NCBI RefSeq assembly: GCF_001194135.2 | Contig: NC_068982.1 | Location: 180,705,550 to 180,768,994, forward strand | DNA from: Octopus bimaculoides | Taxonomy: Eukaryota | Length of the DNA stretch: 63,445 nt | Reading direction: 5' to 3' | In this document: positions 53,900 through 63,445 of the stretch, piece by piece | Position numbering within the stretch: the stretch's first letter is position 1 | How the letters are laid out: every line of letters starts with the position of its first letter | Made by a program: the position numbers and the translations under genes | The notes under the pieces: generated by a model | Told to the model about the DNA's origin: nothing | Seen by the model: the letters and a program-made list of their open reading frames with translations, nothing else | Databases searched by the model: none

Positions 53900-54770
53900 T
53901 TGTATTTCGTTTCTGGCAAACAAATTCTTTCAGACGAATGCGTGGAATTATTATCGGTTTCAGAAATCAGCATGCATCAGCAAATAATTTGTTTGCTGAA
54001 TTTATAAACAACAGCCAAAGACTCTTGCTGGATTCATTAGTTCGAGGAAGGTGTGCATAAGGAAACACATGAAGGTCGTGATACCGACTGTTCTAAAGTA
54101 TCCTCACCTGAATGATATTTATGACCGAACATTCCTCTTAAAGAACAAGTTGTTCTCAACAGCGATTGTGATAGAAACTGCCGGAACAAATCAAGAATGA
54201 AAATGTATACCATCGTACTAAAATATCATAAAAGGAATTGTCACTGCATATTATATATCACGTGATGGTCGTTGCTGAGCTTTAATCCTAAATTTTTCCT
54301 TGCGAAAACATGTCTATCATCAAAACCGTTTAGATTTTGACCATACGCTATTTTCCCAGACATTTTATTTACCAGTGTATTATCCACTCTTTATTATCCC
54401 TTTTAAGATAATTTTGGATATTTTTTATTTTAATAATAGTTACAGTGAGTCGTCATTTTCGGCAAAATTCTGTCTTTCATGAGATCAGCTTTGTTGGGTT
54501 TTGGAGTGGGTGTAAATTTCAATCCATTTTCCCAAGAGTTTAATTTCTTCTCTAGATAATTTCGGTTTCCTTATGTGTTTGTTTTCTAATGTGTCGTGAA
54601 GGATGGGGTTACTTTTTCATTTTCTGGTTTTTTTTTTGGCGGTAGATCTCAAGCCTTAAAAAATTGTCTCCAATAGAGTTGGGAGTGTTTATGTGGGAAT
54701 TTTATAGTTTTCTGTTTGTAAGGATTTAAGGTTGGTTAGTCATGGGTAAGTATGTTCTTGGTTGTTGCCT
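53900..54770 (-). mobile_element. Penelope-like ORF N-terminal fragment
   Basis: The reverse complement has LSREEIKLL..GLKFTPTPKPNKADL (with a frameshift), then LSND..VI..ADK-like remnants. Confidence 0.7.
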
Positions 54771-54777
54771 CAATAGA

Positions 54778-54945
54778 AATTGTCTAAAGAAATTAAACTT
54801 CTGGAAAATGGATTGAAGTTTACACCCACTCCAAAACCCAACCAAGTTGAACTCATAAGAGCCACAGAAGAATCTTGCCGAAAATTACAATTCATTGTAA
54901 ACATTATTATTAAAATAAAAATTATCCTCCAAAAAGCCATCTTCG
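54778..54945 (+). mobile_element. Penelope-like ORF N-terminal fragment, inverted partner of 54400-54560
   Basis: LSKEIKLLENGLKFTPTPKPNQVELIRATEESCRKLQ (cf. L.KGLKFTPTP..EFCRKLR). Confidence 0.8.
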
Positions 54946-54956
54946 CTCATTTTTTC

Positions 54957-54957
54957 A

Positions 54958-55010
<53 letters not shown>
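54957..55010. repeat. (CTAT)n microsatellite
   Basis: Direct reading. Confidence 0.95.
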
Positions 55011-55227
55011 CTGCTGTTTAAGGATTCCTACAATGGTTTGATTAATAATGAATGATTCCTATTTTGAAATACACCACAAAGAGCGCAGAAGATCGGATTT
55101 CAGATAAAATCAGTGAGTTGCAAAACTTCACTGGGAATCGAACTTTCTGAAGTATGTGGAGACACTATCAAAAAGAAACAACCACCTTTACTCTCTTTCT
55201 CTCTCTCTGTTTATTTCTATGTGTTCC

Positions 55228-55261
55228 TTTCTGTTGACGAGCGTAGGCTTGAAACGTAAAA
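55228..55261 (+). ncRNA. Variant minimal hammerhead-like motif (A6U core variant)
   Basis: TTT-CTGTTGA-c-GAGC[gtag]GCTT-GAAA-CGT-A-AAA has the same layout as 321-366; stem I is only 3 bp. Confidence 0.4.
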
Positions 55262-55336
55262 AACTTTCTCATTTTCCCTAACTAATACACGTGCATGTTG
55301 TTTATACACCCACCTACGTCTTTAGTTTTTCTGTAA

Positions 55337-55371
<35 letters not shown>

Positions 55372-56063
55372 NNNNNNNNNNNNNNNNNNNNNNNNNNNNN
55401 NNNNNNNNNNNNNNNNNNNNNNNNNNNNNNNNNNNNNNNNNNNNNNNNNNNNNNNNNNNNNNNNNNNNNNNNNNNNNNNNNNNNNNNNNNNNNNNNNNNN
55501 NNNNNNNNNNNNNNNNNNNNNNNNNNNNNNNNNNNNNNNNNNNNNNNNNNNNNNNNNNNNNNNNNNNNNNNNNNNNNNNNNNNNNNNNNNNNNNNNNNNN
55601 NNNNNNNNNNNNNNNNNNNNNNNNNNNNNNNNNNNNNNNNNNNNNNNNNNNNNNNNNNNNNNNNNNNNNNNNNNNNNNNNNNNNNNNNNNNNNNNNNNNN
55701 NNNNNNNNNNNNNNNNNNNNNNNNNNNNNNNNNNNNNNNNNNNNNNNNNNNNNNNNNNNNNNNNNNNNNNNNNNNNNNNNNNNNNNNNNNNNNNNNNNNN
55801 NNNNNNNNNNNNNNNNNNNNNNNNNNNNNNNNNNNNNNNNNNNNNNNNNNNNNNNNNNNNNNNNNNNNNNNNNNNNNNNNNNNNNNNNNNNNNNNNNNNN
55901 NNNNNNNNNNNNNNNNNNNNNNNNNNNNNNNNNNNNNNNNNNNNNNNNNNNNNNNNNNNNNNNNNNNNNNNNNNNNNNNNNNNNNNNNNNNNNNNNNNNN
56001 NNNNNNNNNNNNNNNNNNNNNNNNNNNNNNNNNNNNNNNNNNNNNTATAAATATACAAGGTCA

Positions 56064-56122
56064 GCAGCTGTCGGACGCCGACGAAGGGAAATAACCCTGA
56101 AATCCGGATACGTTCGTGCTGC
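56064..56122 (+). ncRNA. Type I hammerhead ribozyme fold with extended stem I (U4C in this copy)
   Basis: GCAGC-TGT-CGGACG / CCGACGA / AGGG[AAATAA]CCCT / GAAA-TCCGGAT / A / CGTTCG-T-GCTGC. All three stems pair; predicted cleavage site after A56110. Confidence 0.75.
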
Positions 56123-56271
56123 AGATCGAGGTGAGAGGGATAACTTCCCTTGGCAAACAGTACACAGTCGTGTGTCGATAAGCCAGCTGGAGGAGATGTC
56201 CTCCTGGGGCTAAAAGCAACAGTAACATCCACCCCTAGGGGTCAGCCACACTTAAGTGGCAATATACTACA

Positions 56272-56338
56272 CTTTATATATATATATACATATATATATA
56301 TACATACATATATTATACATGTATACATACATATATAT

Positions 56339-56379
<41 letters not shown>

Positions 56380-56498
56380 CACACATATATATGCATATAT
56401 ATATACATACACACATATGTTTGCATATATATGTATATATATGTATGAGCATGTACATGTATGTATATATACTTAGTTTCGTACATGCATACGCACGC

Positions 56499-56558
<60 letters not shown>

Positions 56559-56570
56559 GTTTGTGTGTGT
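56272..56570. repeat. Compound (TA)/(CA) microsatellite
   Basis: Direct reading. Confidence 0.95.
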
Positions 56571-57201
56571 TTGTGAAGAAAGGGATGGTTTATGAATAAA
56601 TAATTGATGTACTTCTAAGAATAACTGCAAAATATATTCTGTCAACTCATTCATATCGAAGCTTACCAATAGTTTACTGACCAACAAAACATGTAAGTGA
56701 GCAGTACGTAGTCACAATTAATTTTTATAGTTGACTAACGAGAGCATAAACACCATCAAATATGACAAATATTGACCATTAAGACACGAATACAGGACTT
56801 ACATTGTCTCAATTGCAGGATATATGAATGCTAACAGGAACCTGTATAATAATACATATCATGAATACAGACATTACTGTAATAGTTATGTTATTACAAT
56901 TGATAATGATGTCTATATTGACCGTAACATATATCCACGGGTTAGACATGTCAATAATCATTGTTTAGACTGTATCAATGCAGACAATATCTCATCAATA
57001 CACTGGAGAGTACATATTTTCCAAAATTGTTACGTTACACTGACTAATACATAATGATCATCAGTATAGAAAGTAGAATAACCAGTGTATAATAACGTAC
57101 GGACATTACCTTGATCAGTGTATAGGCATCATGAATAGTAACATTAGGCCATTCATCATTATTTGTACGTCTTGTTTCTTACTGCACTAAGTTGCCGCTG
57201 T

Positions 57202-57563
57202 GGAGGCGCAATGGCCCAGAGGTTAGGGCAGCGGACGCGCGGTATTAGGATCGCGGTTTCGATTCCCAGACAGGGCGTTGTGAGTGTTTATTAAGCGAAA
57301 ACACCTAAAGCTCCACGAGGCTCCGGCAGGGGATGGTGGCGAACCCTGCTGTACTCTTTCACCACAATTTCTCTCACTCTTACTTCTTGTTTCTGTTGTA
57401 CCTGTAATTCAAAGGGTCAGCCTTGTCACACTGTGTCACGCTGAATATGTTCGAGAACTCCGTTAAGGGTACACGTGTCTGTGGAGTGCTCAGCCACTTG
57501 CACGTTAATTTCACGAGCAGGCTGTTCCGTTGATCGGATCAACTGGAAACCTCGACGTCGTAA
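57202..57563 (+). mobile_element. tRNA-derived SINE (family C)
   Basis: A box TGGCCCAGAGGTT, B box GGTTTCGATTCCC, and a 3' ~165-bp module shared with the 60630-60954 copy. Confidence 0.88.
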
Positions 57564-57599
57564 GCAAAGATTATCTCGCAGCGATTCCACTTGAAGCGT

Positions 57600-58423
57600 C
57601 ACTGTCCCAATACATGAAACGCATTCCCTAATACCAGATTACAAATCAACTCCACTGTACTTGACACCATTATTACTATCCCGGACATCATCAGCTCTAT
57701 TTTAAATACATATTCACTATCAATGGAACGGCACCCCTATATCACAGTTAGCGAGTACCTCAGTCACCACTGGCACAAAAACAACACAAATCCGCTAAAG
57801 TATTCGCTTGAACATGAAGCAACATTTCCACTACACGTCTATACTAATCCCCATCAATTCAAGCACCTATTATTTACATACTCACTAAGAGAAGCAACAG
57901 TAATATCACCGGTTATTAATGATACAAATTATCACTACTTTAACACTAACATCATTGCTAACAATAATCCCATTTCAAACACTGTTACCGTTAATATTCC
58001 CATTGCTGCAATCACACTGCTACAAGCACCTCAGCCACATCACTCAGACCATTACAGACTAATTTCACTGCAACCACGAATACCATGGCATACTCTAAGA
58101 CACTCTCCATCATCACTAAAAATACTACCATCAGTAGCACTGCTATTATCGCCAAAACTATCGCAGCAAATGCTACCATTACATTCTCAAATAACAGTGC
58201 AAATACTTATACCACTACAGATTTAACACCTCTACTATAAACATTCATACTACTACAACAGGGACACTAAATACAGATAGCACCATTAATCCAAACACTA
58301 AAACCACACACACTACGACAAACAACAAAATCATTTGAGCCATTCATATCACTGGATATGCAAATGCATCTACGAGCTATGAAACCACACAAACCGTTAA
58401 CATAACTACTACTACTACTATTG

Positions 58424-58492
<69 letters not shown>

Positions 58493-58620
58493 TCACCAAT
58501 ACAACCGTTACTACTAATACAATTACTACAACTGTTAACGCCCCTAACATTACTAGAACCACAACAATCACACACAACATCACAACGACCGCCATTGTAA
58601 AATTTGCTTTTCCCATTCTC
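57600..58620. repeat. Cryptic triplet (ACT/CAC/AAC) repeat field with a pure (ACT)n core at ~58405-58491
   Basis: Strong strand asymmetry (G-poor on +) and triplet periodicity with frame breaks. Confidence 0.85.
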
Positions 58621-59641
58621 ACTAAACACTTTCTTCTACGTCTGCTAATTTTTCACTTTCTCTCAACTTTTGCTCATTATTGTCAAACCACTCTATTTTC
58701 TCGTTCAACTGACATATCATGATTACGTTTCATAAGAGAGCAGCTTATTTTTGGTGAGATACAAACGACATCCGCACAAAATCTCTAAGCATTTACACTC
58801 GTACATTCACACACCTACACAACGCATATATATATATATATATATANNNNNNNNNNNNNNNNNNNNNNNNNNNNNNNNNNNNNNNNNNNNNNNNNNNNNN
58901 NNNNNNNNNNNNNNNNNNNNNNNNNNNNNNNNNNNNNNNNNNNNNNNNNNNNNNNNNNNNNNNNNNNNNNNNNNNNNNNNNNNNNNNNNNNNNNNNNNNN
59001 NNNNNNNNNNNNNNNNNNNNNNNNNNNNNNNNNNNNNNNNNNNNNNNNNNNNNNNNNNNNNNNNNNNNNNNNNNNNNNNNNNNNNNNNNNNNNNNNNNNN
59101 NNNNNNNNNNNNNNNNNNNNNNNNNNNNNNNNNNNNNNNNNNNNNNNNNNNNNNNNNNNNNNNNNNNNNNNNNNNNNNNNNNNNNNNNNNNNNNNNNNNN
59201 NNNNNNNNNNNNNNNNNNNNNNNNNNNNNNNNNNNNNNNNNNNNNNNNNNNNNNNNNNNNNNNNNNNNNNNNNNNNNNNNNNNNNNNNNNNNNNNNNNNN
59301 NNNNNNNNNNNNNNNNNNNNNNNNNNNNNNNNNNNNNNNNNNNNNNNNNNNNNNNNNNNNNNNNNNNNNNNNNNNNNNNNNNNNNNNNNNNNNNNNNNNN
59401 NNNNNNNNNNNNNNNNNNNNNNNNNNNNNNNNNNNNNNNNNNNNNNNNNNNNNNNNNNNNNNNNNNNNNNNNNNNNNNNNNNNNNNNNNNNNNNNNNNNN
59501 NNNNNNNNNNNNNNNNNNNNNNNNNNNNNNNNNNNNNNNNNNNNNNNNNNNNNNNNNNNNNNNNNNNNNNNNNNNNNNNNNNNNNNNNNNNNNNNNNNNN
59601 NNNNNNNNNNNNNNNNNNNNNNNNNNNNNNNNNNNNNNNNN

Positions 59642-59686
<45 letters not shown>

Positions 59687-60542
59687 TTCAGGTGGATATG
59701 GTACTTAAGTTTAGGCACCAGAATTAAGTATGGTATTATCCATACAGTTTCAAAATAAGGTGATTAAAGTCAAAATAAACAACAAGAATATCCAAAGTTA
59801 ATGCAGTACGATCGTTTCTGGTGACTCCATTTAATAAAGCAATGTGAAGAGTACATCAAATATAAAATGCAGAGTAATCCTACGCTGCCGAAAGATATAG
59901 AAATTTAGTGAAGTTACATTTAAACATAAGAACATATTTTTATAACTACATCTAAACTCTCCAAGTAGAAAGGAAGAATACAAAAAAACATTTTGACTTA
60001 GCCAGACCATTGAGGCTAGTAAATAAGTCTAAGCAGATTTTTAACTGTCACTGATTTTATTTATTTATTTATTTTTTTTGTTTCTGATTTATGGACAATC
60101 TTATCAGACCTAGTGATTCAAAGCTTAAGAAGTCACTGGCATTTTCTTTGTAGGGTAAGGGGTAAACAGTACAGGCAGTAAACATGGATGATATAGTTAT
60201 AAAATTTCTTAGGGTTTGGTGAAAAACTACTATGGGGGGATTTACTACTAGCAGACCAGTTTATAATGGAACAGGGGAAGTACTATCAGAAGGCACCTAG
60301 GTCAAACGTATATAAAATAAAGTTGCTATATTGTATACAGATACAGTAAATGGTTATTCATAGTTTTCAGTTATCAAAGTAATATATCAGTATTGTTTAA
60401 CATCTTTGTACAGCTGAAGATTGCTCTGCATTTTATATTTGATGTAATGTTCACATTGCTTAATTAAATGAAGTCGCATGAAACGATCGTACTGCATTAA
60501 CTTTGGATATCCTTATTGCTTATTTTATGTGGGTGTGTGTAT

Positions 60543-60545
<3 letters not shown>

Positions 60546-60612
<67 letters not shown>
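60546..60612. repeat. (GT)n microsatellite
   Basis: Direct reading. Confidence 0.95.
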
Positions 60613-60614
<2 letters not shown>

Positions 60615-60629
60615 ATATTCTCACATAGT

Positions 60630-60954
60630 GAAGGCGCGCGGCTTAGTGATGATTAGGGCAATCGGCTCACGATAGTAAGGTCGTGAGTTCTATTCCTGGC
60701 AACGCGTTGTGTCTTTCAGCAAGACAATTTATTTCATGATGCTCCAGTTCGCTCAACTGGTAAAAATGAGTAGTGCCTGTATTTCAAAGGGCCATTCTTG
60801 TCACACTCTGTGTCACACTGAATCTCCCTGAGAACTGCGTTAAGCGTACACGTGTCTGTGGAGTGCTCAGCAGTTTGCACGCTAATTTCGCAAGCAAGCT
60901 GTTTCGTTGATCGTATCAGCTAGTGCCCTCGTCATAGTAACCGACGGAGTACTC
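60630..60954 (+). mobile_element. tRNA-derived SINE with a CORE-like centre and the family C 3' module
   Basis: A box GGCTTAGTGATGATT, B box GAGTTCTATTCC, CORE-like TTGTGTCTTTCAGCAAGACA..GCTCCAG..AAAAATGAGT. Confidence 0.85.
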
Positions 60955-61728
60955 GTATATATATATATAATCACACACACACACACACACACACACGCAC
61001 ATATATATATATAAACACATATATGTGTGTATATATATAATGTCTGTCTATGAAGATACACACAGCACACACACAACAGATTACGGGCATTTGGCCTTGG
61101 TAAGTATTTGTGTAGGCCTGGAATGAGAATTTGCGTAAGCCTGAGTTGATATTTTGCCTGTGGTCACGGAACAAAACAGAAATATGTGTATATGATTTGG
61201 GAATGTCTTATGAAGTGTTGTATTAACAGTAAAATAAAAGCTTGGCAGTACGTCTAAACTGAAAAACTTAGATAGCCTTGAAACTGGTCTCTTCAAAATG
61301 ATAATGAAAGTAAGATATTAGACTTTTACTAGATTCCAAAGCAAAAATCTTGCCGACATCAGGGTCTGGAAAAACACTTATAATTGCAGAGATGACAAAG
61401 ACATATAAGCAGCAGACGAAGACATCCACAAAATGTTTCTGAACAGCTACATAGCAAAGACATCTGAAAAAGCAAATACCAACAAATATAATACAATAAA
61501 CAGAGAAACTAAAAACTTAGGAAGTTGTATGACAGAAATGAATACCTTGCAATAATACAAGCCTATAATAACACTGAGTGATGACAAAATACCACAGCGA
61601 TATGGGTGTGCATGTGAGCGTGTGTGTGTACATTCACACGCACAACACGCACACTACACAGACTGATACAAACACTCACAGAAACACAGAAGTATACACA
61701 CATACACACAAACACACAGACACGCACG

Positions 61729-61776
<48 letters not shown>

Positions 61777-61989
61777 NNNNNNNNNNNNNNNNNNNNNNNN
61801 NNNNNNNNNNNNNNNNNNNNNNNNNNNNNNNNNNNNNNNNNNNNNNNNNNNNNNNNNNNNNNNNNNNNNNNNNNNNNNNNNNNNNNNNNNNNNNNNNNNN
61901 NNNNNNNNNNNNNNNNNNNNNNNNNNNNNNNNNNNNNNNNNNNNNNNNNNNNNNNNNNNNNNNNNNNNNNNGATGCACTCCTGCATATT

Positions 61990-63385
61990 AGCGCAGGCGT
62001 GGCTATGTCGCTTGAAACCTCGAAATGTAGTCCTGTGGATACTGGTTCAGTATCCCTGTATGATATGTTGGAAAGTATCTTCTTCTAAGGCCGCTGACCG
62101 ACTAATACCTTGCTAATGAATTTGGTAGACGAAAACTATGAGGAATCCTGACATATATGTGTGTGTGTCTTGACGACCGGTGTTGATCTGTTTATGTACC
62201 CCGTAACGAAGCTGTTCTGCTAGAGAGCAATAAAATAAATACAGCGCAACCTCGGTTCTTCAACGTCTCTCATGTCGAACATATCGGTTTTCGAACTGAA
62301 AATTCGAGATTAAAATGCCTAGATTATCGAATAAAATTTCGGTTCTCGAACAATATTGCCGAATCTAGCTGAACCGAGTTAACCCAACTGAATCATTTGT
62401 GAGTTCGCCGCCGTGTTATATACATTCGTGTGTTGTACTGTGCTTTTCTTTTCCAATTTTATTGTACTATGCTTAGTCATGGCGCCAAAGAAAGCTGGCA
62501 GTGATACTAATAAAGGCAAAAGAAAAGTCGAGAGAAAGACAATTGAAATGAAGAGTGTGTGTGTGTACATTCACACGCACAACACACACAATACACACAC
62601 TGATACAAACACTCATAGAAACACAGAAGTATACACACATACACACAAACACGCAAAACACGAAAATGGCGTTCGTGTGTCAGATCTCGCTGAGTAAAAC
62701 GGTATGCCTAAATCGACAATTTCTGTTCTTCTAAAAAATAAGGAAGTGATAAAAGTAGCTGATGTTGCAAAAGGAGTGACTGTTATTAATAAACAAAGAC
62801 TAAATATACTCGAAGAAAGGGAAAAGTTACTGTTTATTTTTATAAATGAGAAACAGTTAGCAGGTGATAATATCAGTGAAGAATTTGTGAGTTTATGGAC
62901 TAGATTTAGGAAGGAGGTTATCTCCCCTAACAGGTGTTCAACGTGTATGAAACAGGATTATTTTGGAAACAAATGCCAAATAGGACCTATATTACTTAGG
63001 AGGAAAAAGCGTTTCCAGGGCACAAGCTAATGAAAAATGTAAGTTTTTTTATCGAAATGGACTCCCATTCTAAGAAATAACCCAGTTTGTGTGATATGTA
63101 TAGTTTCAATAAACATTTTTATACTAAAATATATAGTGTAAGCACGTAAATAAGCATTCAACTGGTGCGTGGAGATGAATTAATATCTTTTACATTAATT
63201 GCAATGGGAAAAAATGATTCGGTTCTCGAACAATTTGGTTTTAGAACAGACTTTCAGAACAAATTATGGTCGAGAACCGAGGTTGCTCTGTACATGACTT
63301 TAAAATAACGTATATTGGAGTCGATTTCTTCAACAGACCTTTCTAGTTGGTGCTCTTGCATGATTGCAGTCATACATAGGTATGG
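61990..63385 (+). mobile_element. SINE family B split by the Tigger insertion (61990-62239 and 63293-63385)
   Basis: The 5' part ends ..GACGACCGGTGTTG..CCCCGTAAC..AATAAAATAAATA; after the transposon the tail resumes with TAAAATAA..GGAGTCGATTT..GGTGCTCTTGCATG..GCAGTC. Confidence 0.75.
62242..63290 (+). mobile_element. Non-autonomous pogo/Tigger-type transposon with both TIRs and a TA duplication
   Basis: 18-bp TIRs CAGCGCAACCTCGGTTCT / AGAACCGAGGTTGCTCTG (one mismatch), TA on both sides. CENP-B-type HTH remnant MAPKK..KRK..RKTIEMK..KHENGVRVSDLA..KSTIS..LKNKE.IK; the DDE domain is deleted. Confidence 0.93.
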
Positions 63386-63445
63386 CATGTGAGACGTCCC
63401 TAAACCACTCTCTATCTCTGTATATATATATATATATATATATAT

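Noticed and set aside
54108-54217. 110-nt minus-strand exon with donor CAG|GTGAGG
   Set aside because: It falls inside the Penelope-like remnant.
57202-57275. tRNA gene
   Set aside because: A and B boxes are present but there is no full cloverleaf; it continues into a SINE body.
58338-58710. Thr-rich mucin-like frame with many NxT/S sequons
   Set aside because: No ATG or convincing splice sites, upstream frame breaks, and the composition is expected from ACT/AAC repeats.

Overview
This is AT-rich eukaryotic non-coding DNA saturated with microsatellites and transposon relics. Ten N-gaps interrupt it, most bounded by (TA)n, (CA)n or (GA)n runs. The tRNA-derived SINE families and repeat landscape look like an octopod cephalopod genome (inference from pattern recognition, not a database match). 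No intact protein-coding gene is supported: most listed ORFs are microsatellite or gap artefacts or transposon fragments. Recognisable content: several R4/Dong-like RLE non-LTR fragments; RTE, Tx1/L1-like and Penelope-like fragments; a copia-like gag remnant; Tc1/mariner and pogo/Tigger elements; a possible Kolobok MITE; and at least three SINE families. Best leads: (1) three type I hammerhead ribozyme motifs with palindromic stem III (321-366, 55228-55261, 56064-56122), the last with an extended stem I inside a ~200-bp hairpin-rich unit bounded by (TA)n, like a retrozyme; (2) a Tigger MITE nested in a SINE that carries an in-frame 100-bp copy of neighbouring host DNA; (3) a doubly nested insertion with two target-site-duplication pairs at 4108-4412; (4) a candidate promoter and hairpin near 36.05 kb with a phase-consistent minus-strand spliced small ORF. 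All were read by eye and need computational or experimental confirmation.
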